The notes: a model not told the origin generated them from the letters alone. 64,000 bases of DNA from an uncultured Collinsella sp. (GCA_900542175.1 UQNC01000001.1:6831-70830); one strand, 5' to 3'. Numbered from the stretch's first letter, positions 27,701-36,484 are shown. Made by a program: numbers and translations.

Positions 27701-29315
27701 CGATGCCGAGGGCTGGAGTGTCTCCGAGCCCGGCATGATATGGACCGTGACGGGCGCAGATGGCCAGGATGCGTCGGATGCTGTGAGCATCGACCGTCGT
27801 GCTCTGGGTGACTGGAAGCACGTTGACGGTGCTCCCGACGACGGGCTGTTTGTAGCGAGCGGAACCTATGTTCTAACGGCCAACAAGGCCGGTACCTATA
27901 CGGTGACGGGTACTCCGGTCGACCAGACTGCCGGCGCCAAGGCCGTCTCCTTTGAGATTACGGTTGACGGTATCGCCGCCTCGCCGGATAACGAGGCGCA
28001 GGCCGATAAGGGTGCCCTCTCTGCCGCCAAGTACTTTGACGCCAACCGCACGACCGATGCGTACACCTATGGCCAGGAATGGGAAATCTACGCCTTCGCA
28101 AAATCGGGGCGCAAGATCGACGACGCGCTTATCAAGAATTACAAGAAGTCTCTTGCCGACCATAAGGCCGAGTGGGCCGGTAGCACCGCCAAGGTAACGG
28201 ATTGCGAGCGCGTTGCGCTTACGTTGGCTGCACTTGGCGAGAACATTACGTCTTTTGATGGCGTTAACCTTGCTGCCGTCATATGCTCGCACGGCGACCT
28301 TGCGGCTTCGGCGAATAACTTGGTCTATGCGTTGATCGCCCTTGACGAGGCGCGCGTTTCGGATGAAGCGCTGTCTGCATTCGGCTCGTCCTGGACACGT
28401 GCTCAGCTTGTTTGCACGCTGCTCACGTTCCAAAACTCGGATGGCGGCTTTACCATTGATACGGCTGGTGCAAGCAACGTCGATATGACCGCCATGGCGC
28501 TGCAGGCGCTTGCGCCCTATGTTGACGGCGACGCATGTGCCGCTGCCCTGGCTTCGAATGGTCAGCTCTCTGTTGCGTCCGCTGTCGACAAAGCGCTCGG
28601 CTTCCTTAAGGGGCGGATGAACGGTCTTTGCGATTTTGGGTCTGTTGAGTCGAATGCCCAGGTGCTGCTTGCTCTTGTGGCGCTCGGCAAGGACCCCGCA
28701 AATTCCAAGAACGGTTTTGCGACGGGCGCAAATAGTCTGATTACCGCGATTGCCGCCTATGAAGTTGCTGACGGCAAGGGATACGCTCACACCATGGGAT
28801 CAGACGGCAAACCCGGCAATGCCAACGCGCTTGCCACCGTGCAGGTCTTGCGGGCCCTTTCGGCCTATAAGTTCGCGGGTGCCGGCGTGAGTTGGACCAA
28901 GATCGGCAATGTGAAGGCCGGCACCGTCAAGCCGAGTGATCCTAAAGAGCCTGTGACGCCCGAGGTTCCCGTACCTACGGTTCCGACGAAGAACCCGACA
29001 CCTGCGGTTGTGCCGCCCGCCTCGCAGGATGGCAACGGCACCGGTGGAAAGCAGGGCGCTACCACTTCGCAGGATGGCGCGAAGCCGGAGACGGCGGAGC
29101 ACGCGGATTCCGCCAAGAGCGAATCCGGCAAGGAGTCTAGCTCTGACAAATCTTCTGGTTCGAAGGCGAAGAGCGCTACTGCCGCCGCATCGCGCAAGGA
29201 TGCCTCGGCTGGGCAGAGCGGCGTGAATCCTGTTGCCGTTGCCGGTGTCGTCGCTGGCATCGTGTGCCTTGCGGTCATTGGCGCGTGGTTCGTGCGTTCT
29301 CGTAAGAACGCGTAG
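24768..29315 (+). CDS. giant cell-surface protein (1515 aa): signal peptide, acidic linker, GLUG-like beta-helix repeats, FIVAR domain, Ig-like (Big) domains, alpha/alpha-toroid prenyltransferase-like repeats, Pro/Thr/Lys-rich stalk and C-terminal TM anchor
   Basis: GYAGGLVGG...NGGLVGEA (GLUG); FDGQGHT[IV] repeated; YTSDSWSALASALADAKAV (FIVAR); QNSDGGF (prenyltransferase/squalene-cyclase repeat); C-terminal VAVAGVVAGIVCLAVIGAWFVRSRKNA with no LPXTG. Confidence 0.85.
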   Translation: MLKNIRTVARKFLVVFMAFIFASSSTGMTAFAEEVGAGVAVMADQVAAATDAEQGASSEDEPSADAEIGVSDDGDSAQEQEGSDTAVQSVVSNGENSAAQAEVVGASTGIARSGETVVVNDAVDMPSTIEAGATVKLGANISMGADQQIETVAGVLDGQGHTVTISGKAVANNVTGTIQNLGVTGSVSNSDNVGSIAMTLSGTVQMCWSTASVNLSGWMGYAGGLVGGMASGKIVNSYFAGSGVEMNGGLVGEARAGSLSNCLYTVGFSPAEMNYRGFDKGNAAKASDLYLSSAESLIVLNANAPATGFTWTSNGGLPILTSGSAPVVVNKDALAAAIESVEALKESDYTSDSWSALASALADAKAVNDNADASQSDVNAAVKALNAAKDALEKKKPTAPVAQPESVKHIKSQDDFISMNVKDANNYYVLDNDIVIDDEYFFGPSGELNCTFDGQGHTITFNNGGGVKSLFASVGSIGVVQNVSFAGELKKAVDGKSFGPLGNQIRGAVLNCSTSVTGKGVVGFGRTLEGGVISNCVSTAAATGGVLFASYGSGQLVNTYWQEGLTNKAQFPARALVNSYAVDADDMKTATFVENLNVNRGENGSAWGMGADGLPYFGEDQDYESPESPAANNKYEVTFTSARTGRTVTAADGMLYPSPDDVVVGENGAACVSGTLALKGLSKGAKVTWGTPDANRGDIAVNEETGLLHVYNDAVGTVTATLHKDDGTTENVATVVVKAISKSIDDFQIWYNGENVTGGTIAVTGSEVKNLEIRVHYADAAEGEYTPVSYTRFRFAGTPSNVLYSNPGSACFYFKQAGEATISVSSRTNVDLADKSVKVTSTYVPATSISLGYNEDGKTVYLHGRNPLAKGAFLTDKAAPVVGPEYASDRANYTVTSSDSAVAEYTTSGDIGFTPYKAGKTTFEATVENQDGSVISSGKREVTYAYRNPLKSVTIANAPASIKAGKTVGLDLSYVGENDAEGWSVSEPGMIWTVTGADGQDASDAVSIDRRALGDWKHVDGAPDDGLFVASGTYVLTANKAGTYTVTGTPVDQTAGAKAVSFEITVDGIAASPDNEAQADKGALSAAKYFDANRTTDAYTYGQEWEIYAFAKSGRKIDDALIKNYKKSLADHKAEWAGSTAKVTDCERVALTLAALGENITSFDGVNLAAVICSHGDLAASANNLVYALIALDEARVSDEALSAFGSSWTRAQLVCTLLTFQNSDGGFTIDTAGASNVDMTAMALQALAPYVDGDACAAALASNGQLSVASAVDKALGFLKGRMNGLCDFGSVESNAQVLLALVALGKDPANSKNGFATGANSLITAIAAYEVADGKGYAHTMGSDGKPGNANALATVQVLRALSAYKFAGAGVSWTKIGNVKAGTVKPSDPKEPVTPEVPVPTVPTKNPTPAVVPPASQDGNGTGGKQGATTSQDGAKPETAEHADSAKSESGKESSSDKSSGSKAKSATAAASRKDASAGQSGVNPVAVAGVVAGIVCLAVIGAWFVRSRKNA

Positions 29316-29455
29316 CAATTCAATGCGCATTGCGCCCGCCGTTTGACGCGCGGGCGCGACTATGCCGCCCATGGCGCGACTTTACAGATGAACGGGCCCC
29401 GGGTCTAGACGACCTGGGGCCCGTTTGCGTTGCGGTTGGCGTGGCGATGGGAGTT

Positions 29456-29875
29456 TTAAGCCAGCTCGGCGCCCAGGGCCTTGCAGGCGGCTTCGCCCTC
29501 GTCGTCAGGCGCGTCGAAGCAGATGACGGAATCGACGACATTGACGCCGGCCTCATCGGCGTCAGCCTTCCAATTGTCCATCCACTCGCCCTCGGCCCAC
29601 GAATAGGAGCCAAACAGGACGACCTTCTTGTCGCCCAGGTTCTCCTTGACCTCATCCCACATCGGCTGGAACTCGTCGTACTCGAGTTCCTCGGAGCCCA
29701 TGGCGGGGCAGCCGAAGGCGATGGCGTCGTAGTCGGCAGTCTTGTCGGCAGAGAAGTCGGCACAGGTGATGACCTCGGCCTCGGCGCCGGCGGACACCGC
29801 GCCCTCGGCGACGAAGTTTGCCATGGCCTCGGTATTGCCCGTTCCGCTCCAGTAGACGACGGCGATCTTGCTCAT
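29456..29875 (-). CDS. flavodoxin (short-chain)
   Basis: MSKIAVVYWSGTGNTE FMN-binding signature. Confidence 0.9.
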   Translation of the reverse strand: MSKIAVVYWSGTGNTEAMANFVAEGAVSAGAEAEVITCADFSADKTADYDAIAFGCPAMGSEELEYDEFQPMWDEVKENLGDKKVVLFGSYSWAEGEWMDNWKADADEAGVNVVDSVICFDAPDDEGEAACKALGAELA

Positions 29876-29921
29876 GTTAGGTCCTTTCGGTTGTGCGGCA
29901 CGCGGCCGCGTTTTGTATGTT

Positions 29922-30626
29922 CTATCGGGCAGCCTGAACAAGCTGTTCAAGGGTACAGCCCTGCTGATAGATGTAGGTAAGGTATTGCGTGCATGCGCGA
30001 TAAGCGTCAAAGGTCGCAAGCGCCGCCTCGACGTTTGAGTACACCTTCCAAGCACCAAAAACCTTGTAGTTTTCGCCGCGCTGGGCAATAAACTGATGCA
30101 CGTCTTCGTAGGGATAGCCCAAAAAATACCCAATTTCGTGAGGAAACTCGCATGCACAGCTCTTATCGCACGCCTCGCTGCGCGCGAGAACGCAAGCTCC
30201 GCTGTCGCAGGCGCTTTCCGCAACATTGCTGCTCGCCAGCGTAATGCGTGCGGCTAGATGCACAAGGGATGCGGACAGGTTGCAAACGTCGTAGCCTTCG
30301 GCGGCAAGAGCCGCTGCGGCTCGAGGGTCGGATAAGTAGCGCATGAGGGCGACGGGGCGGTACACGTAGATCAGCGCTCCGCAGGGACGCCAGACGAGGA
30401 CGCTCATGTGGATGCCGAGTGGCTCGAGCTCGCGGTTGCATTGGGCTATGACGGCAAGCAGGCGCGTGCGACGCGCTTCGATATGAGGGTTGCCGGGCTG
30501 TTCGTTTTGGTTTGCGTAGGGACCGGGATAGGTAAAGAGCGAAGCGGGTTTGATGCCCGCGAGCGTGGGGGAGCAGTTACGCACGACGGTCGTTTGAAAC
30601 GTTGGAATGTCGATGGTTCGAGTCAC
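29922..30626 (-). CDS. Cys-rich hypothetical protein (DUF3793-like) upstream of flavodoxin
   Basis: ACDSGACVLARSEACDKSCACEF cysteine cluster. The family assignment is tentative. Confidence 0.55.
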   Translation of the reverse strand: MTRTIDIPTFQTTVVRNCSPTLAGIKPASLFTYPGPYANQNEQPGNPHIEARRTRLLAVIAQCNRELEPLGIHMSVLVWRPCGALIYVYRPVALMRYLSDPRAAAALAAEGYDVCNLSASLVHLAARITLASSNVAESACDSGACVLARSEACDKSCACEFPHEIGYFLGYPYEDVHQFIAQRGENYKVFGAWKVYSNVEAALATFDAYRACTQYLTYIYQQGCTLEQLVQAAR

Positions 30627-30803
30627 GGTGCTCCTTTCAGTCCCTCATCTGTTAGCCTAGGAAAACTTATACACGAAAGTAAGCCTTGGTCAACTATAAA
30701 GTTTGAAAAGGGAAACTATTTGACTGAACTGACACGAGATTGGAGTAAGATGGGTGACACCCCATGGGGGTATTTGGCTAGAACTTTATAGGAAGAGGAG
30801 CAC

Positions 30804-31187
30804 ATGGAAGACCTGCTTAACCCTGCAAATCTTATCGTGCTTGCCGTAATTGCCGTCGGCATGTTTTTTGGATTGCGACGTATTGTCGCGTCGACGCACG
30901 GCAAAAGCTGCTGCAGCGATGGTGCGTGCGGTAAGAAGGCCAAGAGAGCTGTGGTGACCGATACCGATGAGTCTCACTACCCCTATAGCGAGGAGCTGCT
31001 CATCGGAGGTATGAGCTGCGACGGCTGTGCTCAAAACGTTGCGAATGCTTTGAATATGCTGGATGGCATTTGGGCCACGGTGACGTATGCCGATCACACG
31101 GCGAACGTGCGCTCTAAAAACCCAATCGATCGCGAGGCGCTCGAGGGCGCCGTGAAGGGCGCAGGCTATTACGTCATGAAGCTATAG
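30804..31187 (+). CDS. membrane-anchored heavy-metal-associated (HMA) domain protein
   Basis: N-terminal TM plus CCSDGAC (FeoB-associated Cys-rich-like), then a GMSCDGCAQNV MxCxxC ferredoxin-like metal-binding fold. Confidence 0.75.
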   Translation: MEDLLNPANLIVLAVIAVGMFFGLRRIVASTHGKSCCSDGACGKKAKRAVVTDTDESHYPYSEELLIGGMSCDGCAQNVANALNMLDGIWATVTYADHTANVRSKNPIDREALEGAVKGAGYYVMKL

Positions 31188-31208
31188 GGTCGGACGTATC
31201 GCTTGCGC

Positions 31209-31634
31209 CTAGGCACGGCCGCGCAGCTCGATGTCTTGGATGTCGTCGAATTTGATGGCGATGTCGCGGAGTTTGAGCAGCTTGAACGCGGGAAGCACCT
31301 CGTCGAGAATGCCGGTGCGGGCACGATAGCCATACGTATCGTAATAGGTGACGCGCACCAGGTCGCCGCGCTTGAGCCCCTCGAGCTTATTCGAAAGCTC
31401 GAGGGCTTTTTCTTCCGTCAGTTCACATTTGGGCTCAACGGTAATCTCTTGCTTGCGTACGAGCTCGTAGTATCCCGTGAGAGCGGCGAATGGCATAAAC
31501 TGTGCGGCGCGGTTGGCGCGAACGGCGCCGTTGGCGGTGAGTTTGGGGTCGGCGGTGCGACGCCTTCCCTCGGGGTCTGCTAGACGTTCGAAGGGAGTCG
31601 GCGGGCGCATTGGCTGTTGTTTGGATTTAGGCAC
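31209..31634 (-). CDS. YolD-like protein (UmuD-analogue partner of Y-family polymerases)
   Basis: Overlaps the 3' end of the upstream polymerase gene by 8 nt. Size and order match the B. subtilis yqjW-yqjX / uvrX-yolD pairs. Confidence 0.55.
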   Translation of the reverse strand: MPKSKQQPMRPPTPFERLADPEGRRRTADPKLTANGAVRANRAAQFMPFAALTGYYELVRKQEITVEPKCELTEEKALELSNKLEGLKRGDLVRVTYYDTYGYRARTGILDEVLPAFKLLKLRDIAIKFDDIQDIELRGRA

Positions 31635-33153
31635 GATGTCCCCCTACCTGGTCGTTGCGTTCGCGCGCGGTGGCACCGGCGGTAAAGCTTAGTCCCTTAA
31701 CCAGCGCGTTCTTGCCGTATTTGCCTTTTACAGCCAGCACGGCGCGTGCCAGGTCACGCTCGCGCTCATCGGCCTCGACGTCGCTAAACAGATCGATGGT
31801 GGCAAATTCTTCGGGCATAAGGTTTCCGAAGCCCAGGTTAATACGTTTGACAGGTCGTTTTGGATCGACGGTCTGCGCCCACAGGTCATCGAAGTAGCCC
31901 ATGATCTTCTTAAACGAATTGGTTCGTTCGGGTAGCTTTCGAGACGCGTTGGAATGGGCAAAGAGCGCGGCATAACCGTCACGCGGCTTACCGCCGTGCT
32001 CGCCCACGAAGATGCCGTCAATCGCCTGTGCCTCGCGAACCATGCGACGGCGCTCATCGTCGCGCTGGACGGGCTTGGGCGCGCGGGGTGCAAGTTCGGG
32101 GCCATCGCTTGCGGTCGGCTCGACACCTGAGGTGCTTGAGCGTAGGTGCCCGCAGCCGTCGATGTATTGCGCTGTGCCGCTGGCATCGAGCCGGCGGATA
32201 TCAGCACGCTCGCTTGCATAGCCCACAAACAGCGAGATGCTGTCGCAGACCACGTGCTTGTCGACCAGGTCCAGTACGGCTGCATCAACCATCTCGCGCA
32301 ACACCGTATAGGCCTGTTCGTAGGCATAGCCCTTCGAGAGCACCTGTCCGGTCGTGGTCGAGGTTGCCTGGGGGCGATAGGCCTGGATGTCGGCGATGGT
32401 TGTCGGTTCGCGCCCAAAAGCGTGGTCGATCAGGTACTCGGCATTGACGCCGAGCTCGTCATAGAGCAGGTTCTCGTCGAGGGCCGCGACGCCCATCAGG
32501 TCGTAGACGCCGTACTTTTCGAGACGCGCCGCCACGCCGGGGCCAATACCCCAGATGTCGGTGATGGGGCGATGCGGCCAGATCTCCTTGCGAAAGGTCT
32601 CGTCGTCAAGTTTCCCGATACGGCTGGGCGCGTGTTTGGCGGTGATGTCGAGCGCCACTTTTGCTTGGAATAGGTTGGGTCCGATACCGACCGTTGCAGT
32701 GATGCCGGTACGGCGCAAAACTTCGTCGCGCAGCATGCAGGCAAAGCCTTCGTCATCGGTGTGATAGAGGTCCAAATAGGGCGTGACGTCGATAAAGCAC
32801 TCGTCGATTGAATAGACGTGGACGTCTTGCGGGCTTACGTACTCCAGGTAGATACCGTAGATCTGCGCCGATACCTCCATATAGTGCTGCATGCGCGGTA
32901 CGGCTTTGATGTAGTCGATGCCGTTGGGAATTTCGAACAAGCGGCAGCGGTTATGGATACCGAGGTCCTTCATCGCCTGTGTGATGGCCAAGCAGATCGT
33001 CGTGCGGCCGCGAGACTCGTCGGCCACGACCAAGTTGGTGGTAAGCGGATCGAGCCCACGGTCGACACACTCGACGCTGGCGTAAAACGTCTTAAGGTCG
33101 ATACAGATGTACGTACGCCGACCGTGCTCCACCGGGTCCTCCTCATCAAACAC
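31627..33153 (-). CDS. Y-family DNA polymerase (UmuC/DinB-like, error-prone)
   Basis: YICIDLKTFYASVE...SIDECFIDVT catalytic palm motifs. GTG start at 33153. Confidence 0.9.
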   Translation of the reverse strand: MFDEEDPVEHGRRTYICIDLKTFYASVECVDRGLDPLTTNLVVADESRGRTTICLAITQAMKDLGIHNRCRLFEIPNGIDYIKAVPRMQHYMEVSAQIYGIYLEYVSPQDVHVYSIDECFIDVTPYLDLYHTDDEGFACMLRDEVLRRTGITATVGIGPNLFQAKVALDITAKHAPSRIGKLDDETFRKEIWPHRPITDIWGIGPGVAARLEKYGVYDLMGVAALDENLLYDELGVNAEYLIDHAFGREPTTIADIQAYRPQATSTTTGQVLSKGYAYEQAYTVLREMVDAAVLDLVDKHVVCDSISLFVGYASERADIRRLDASGTAQYIDGCGHLRSSTSGVEPTASDGPELAPRAPKPVQRDDERRRMVREAQAIDGIFVGEHGGKPRDGYAALFAHSNASRKLPERTNSFKKIMGYFDDLWAQTVDPKRPVKRINLGFGNLMPEEFATIDLFSDVEADERERDLARAVLAVKGKYGKNALVKGLSFTAGATARERNDQVGGHRA

Positions 33154-33163
33154 ATGTTCCTAT

Positions 33164-33177
33164 CGAATACTTGTTCG
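33164..33177. promoter_or_regulatory. Cheo-box-like LexA (SOS) operator about 10 nt upstream of the polymerase start
   Basis: CGAATACTTGTTCG versus the Gram-positive consensus CGAAC-N4-GTTCG (one mismatch). Confidence 0.5.
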
Positions 33178-33186
33178 ATAATACCA

Positions 33187-33222
33187 GACCTGCCAAAAAG
33201 GGACAGGTTTATTTTGGTCGGT
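33187..33222. repeat. near-palindromic 36-bp element, copy A
   Basis: GACCTGCCAAAAAGGGACAGGTTTATTTTGGTCGGT. The 25-bp core is the reverse complement of copy B while the flanks GACCTG and TCGGT are direct. Confidence 0.55.
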
Positions 33223-33328
33223 AAATCGCTTGGCCTATCTAAAAGAAACCCGTCCTTTTTGGTAGGTTTACGGGGCGCTTACGCTAGGTCGTTAACCTTG
33301 ATGTGATGGATACGCTGAAGGGATATGG

Positions 33329-33952
33329 ATGACCGCCGATATGGGTGATCTTGCGCTTTTGGTACTGGCCGTGCTGTGTCTTGCAGTCTTTGCTTGCCTG
33401 CTGGTTAAGGTGCTTAAGCGACAGGCCATGAGAATCGACAGGTTGGGCTACGCGCTTTTCGTTGAGAAGCTTCGTTCGCCGGCGTTGACGGTTGCGATGA
33501 AAGCCGTTTCGAACATGGCATCGCTACCGGTTGTCGTGGGCGTGCTGGTCGCCACGTTTATATGGGCGCCCTGTCGGATTCAGGTTATGTGCGCCGCTGT
33601 CAATGTCGGCGTCATCAGTGCCATCGATCAGCTCCTTAAGGTGTTGGTGCGCCGCCCTCGCCCCCAAGGATATCGGCTTGTGGAGGCTCCGGGACTCAGT
33701 TTTCCCTCGGGCCATTCGATGGCTGCTATGGCGTTTTACGGATATGGCATATGGCTCGTGCAGGGAGGAGCCGGCGGCCTTTCGTCTAACGTGTTTGCCG
33801 TGATGGCGCTTGCGTGCGTCATTCTCGCTGTTGGTGTCAGTCGCATTTATCTGGGGGTGCACTACGCTTCTGATGTACTGGGTGGATTTTGCCTGGCGCT
33901 AGCTTGGTTCATCCTATTTGTGCGCCTGGCGCCTCCGTTTATCGCGGCATAG
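33329..33952 (+). CDS. PAP2 family phosphatase (membrane)
   Basis: PSGHS and SRIYLGVHYASDV PAP2 motifs; GAAGGGA RBS. Confidence 0.8.
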   Translation: MTADMGDLALLVLAVLCLAVFACLLVKVLKRQAMRIDRLGYALFVEKLRSPALTVAMKAVSNMASLPVVVGVLVATFIWAPCRIQVMCAAVNVGVISAIDQLLKVLVRRPRPQGYRLVEAPGLSFPSGHSMAAMAFYGYGIWLVQGGAGGLSSNVFAVMALACVILAVGVSRIYLGVHYASDVLGGFCLALAWFILFVRLAPPFIAA

Positions 33953-34090
33953 CCATCTGTGCGTCCCGTTTTGATTGATTCGGGTTTTAACGCAGCCCTT
34001 AAGAGCACGAAACAGCTCGGAAAACCTTGCTTCGTAGCATGAGCCTAACGATCTGTTTCACCTCAAAAGCGTGGAAGGGTTGTGGGGTAG

Positions 34091-34615
34091 ATGGTCAACT
34101 ATGGGTTTGGTATGCCAACGCGCCTTGTCGCGGATGGCGACGTGGCACGTTGGTGCGGGCGCCTGGTCGCCCATTACGGCGGCACCAAGGCACTGGTAGT
34201 GCTGGGCGGCGACAAGCATACGCGCGACGAGCTCGTTGCGGCGGCGCTTGGGTCGCTTGACCGGGCATTGTTGGAGCGCGCGCTGTTCCATTGTGGCTCG
34301 GTTGAGGGCGAGGGGGGAGACGAGCTGGTCGATGAGGCTGTTGCCTTGGCCATCGACGAAGGCGTCGACTTTGTGCTTGCGATTGGGGATGCCGACACGG
34401 CTGGATTTGCGCGCGAGGTTGCCCGTCGTATGGCGGTGCTCGATTCTGGCGAGGACGGTTTTGTTCCCCATGGCTGCATTGTCTCGGAGGGAAAGGTGCC
34501 TGCGGCTGTGGGTAGAGGCGAAGTGCCCGTCTTTGCCATTATCGCGCCTGAGCTCCTGGATGGCATTGGCTCTCCCTTGCGCGAGTTGCTCGCCAGTGTG
34601 TGCGCCACCGCATAG
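34091..34615 (+). pseudogene. truncated, degenerate iron-containing alcohol dehydrogenase fragment (N-terminal domain only)
   Basis: GFGMPTRLV matches the Fe-ADH N-terminus. Only 174 aa against about 380 expected, and the GGGSxxD motif is degraded to AIGDADTAG. Confidence 0.45.
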
Positions 34616-34635
34616 TTTTGATAGGTAAAGCGTTT

Positions 34636-34671
34636 GACCTGCCAAAATAAACCTGTCCCTTTTTGGTCGGT
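34636..34671. repeat. near-palindromic 36-bp element, copy B (inverted core)
   Basis: GACCTGCCAAAATAAACCTGTCCCTTTTTGGTCGGT. Confidence 0.55.
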
Positions 34672-34789
34672 CGCCGTTTGGGGGCGGATTGATAACGCTC
34701 GCTGATTACGGTCTTGACCTGAGCTAGAATAGTGGCATCTGAATGTCCGGGCGCATGGGGACACGCGCCCGTATGCTGAGGAGGACTTT

Positions 34790-36484
34790 ATGGCAACTGT
34801 TGCCGCACCTATCGACGCCACGTCGACCGCCGCTTGGAAGGCGCTCGAGGCTCATCAGGAGAAGCTCGAGGCCGAGGGCATCGACCTCAAGGCCTGGTTC
34901 GCCGCCGATCCCGAGCGCGTGAACAAGCTGAGCTTTGACGCCGGTGACCTGCATTTCGATCTATCCAAGAACCTGGTGACCGATGAGACCGTCAAGCTGC
35001 TGTGCGATTTGGCCCGCGAGGTTAAGCTCGAGGAGCGCCGCGAAGCCATGTTCTCCGGCGAGCACATCAACACTACCGAGGACCGCGCCGTGCTGCACAC
35101 CGCGCTGCGCCGCCCGGCGAGCGAGAAGGGCCAGCTCATCGTTGACGGCCAGGATGTTGTCGCCGACGTGCACGAGGTCCTCGACCGTATGTATGCCTTT
35201 GCCGAGCGCGTGCGCTCCGGTGAGTGGAAGGGCGTTACCGGCAAGAAGATCGAGCACCTGGTGTCCATCGGCATCGGCGGCTCCGATCTGGGCCCGGTCA
35301 TGGCCTACGAGGCCCTGCGTCCCTACGCCGACGCCGGCATCGACTGCCGCTACATTTCCAACATCGATCCCAACGACCAGGCCGAGAAGCTCAAGGGCCT
35401 GGATCCCGAGACCACGCTCGTGATCATCGTCTCCAAGACCTTTACCACGCTCGAGACGCTTACCAACGCTCGCGAGGTCAAGACTTGGATGCTCGAGCAG
35501 CTCAAGGCCCAGGGCGCCATCGACGGCTCCGATGAGCAGAACGCCGAGGCTGTGGCTAAGCACTTTGTCGCCGTCTCTACCGCACTCGACAAGGTCGAGG
35601 CCTTCGGTATCGACCCGGCCAACGCCTTTGGCTTCTGGAACTGGGTCGGCGGCCGTTACTCCGTTGACTCCGCCGTGGGCCTGTCCCTGATCGTCGTGCT
35701 CGGTCCCGAGCGCTTCCAGCAGTTCCTCGAGGGCTTCCACGCCATCGACGAGCACTTCTGCAACACTCCGCTCGAGCAGAACGCCGTTGCGCTGATGGGC
35801 CTGCTCAATGTCTGGTACGTCAACTTCTTTGGCTCCAAGAGCCATGCCGTGCTGCCGTACTGCCAGTACCTGCATCGCTTCCCGGCTTACCTGCAGCAGC
35901 TCACCATGGAGTCCAACGGCAAGCATGTCCGTTGGGACGGCAGCGCCGTGACCTCCGATACCGGTGAGATCTACTGGGGCGAGCCCGGCACCAACGGCCA
36001 GCACGCGTTCTATCAGCTGCTGCATCAGGGCACCGTGGTGGTTCCGGCCGACTTTATCGCCTTCGCCAACACCGCTAACCCGGCGACCGACGGTGGCCAG
36101 GACGTCCATGAGCTGTTCCTGGGCAACTTCCTCGCTCAGACCAAGGCGCTTGCTTTTGGTAAGACGGCTGACGAGGTCCGTGCCGAGGGCACGCCCGAGC
36201 AAATCGTCCCGGCTCGCTGCTTTGAGGGCAACCGCCCGACGACCTCGATCTTCGGCGACACGCTGACCCCGTTCGCGCTTGGTGAGCTCATCGCCCTGTA
36301 CGAGCACATCGTGTTTGTCGAGGGTACGGTTTGGGGTATCGACTCCTACGACCAGTGGGGTGTCGAACTGGGCAAGCAGCTTGCCAAGCAGATCACGCCT
36401 GCCTTCCACGACGACGCTGCCAAGGCCGAGCAGGACGCTTCGACCCAGGCGCTCATCGAGTTCTATCGCGCTCACCGCAAGTAG
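34790..36484 (+). CDS. pgi: glucose-6-phosphate isomerase
   Basis: [11 protein letters not shown] motif and PGI family throughout; GAGGAGG RBS. Confidence 0.95.
   Translation: MATVAAPIDATSTAAWKALEAHQEKLEAEGIDLKAWFAADPERVNKLSFDAGDLHFDLSKNLVTDETVKLLCDLAREVKLEERREAMFSGEHINTTEDRAVLHTALRRPASEKGQLIVDGQDVVADVHEVLDRMYAFAERVRSGEWKGVTGKKIEHLVSIGIGGSDLGPVMAYEALRPYADAGIDCRYISNIDPNDQAEKLKGLDPETTLVIIVSKTFTTLETLTNAREVKTWMLEQLKAQGAIDGSDEQNAEAVAKHFVAVSTALDKVEAFGIDPANAFGFWNWVGGRYSVDSAVGLSLIVVLGPERFQQFLEGFHAIDEHFCNTPLEQNAVALMGLLNVWYVNFFGSKSHAVLPYCQYLHRFPAYLQQLTMESNGKHVRWDGSAVTSDTGEIYWGEPGTNGQHAFYQLLHQGTVVVPADFIAFANTANPATDGGQDVHELFLGNFLAQTKALAFGKTADEVRAEGTPEQIVPARCFEGNRPTTSIFGDTLTPFALGELIALYEHIVFVEGTVWGIDSYDQWGVELGKQLAKQITPAFHDDAAKAEQDASTQALIEFYRAHRK

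Noticed and set aside
25836-27821. 661-aa minus-strand ORF inside the giant surface-protein gene
   Set aside because: Antisense shadow of the giant surface-protein gene; no RBS and Arg/Gly/Val-rich composition.
24768-29315. LPXTG sortase anchor on the giant surface protein
   Set aside because: No LPXTG/LPXAG-like pentapeptide precedes the C-terminal TM helix and charged tail, so a sortase-anchored call is not supported.
34961-36475. 504-aa minus-strand ORF opposite pgi
   Set aside because: Shadow ORF antisense to a canonical glucose-6-phosphate isomerase.
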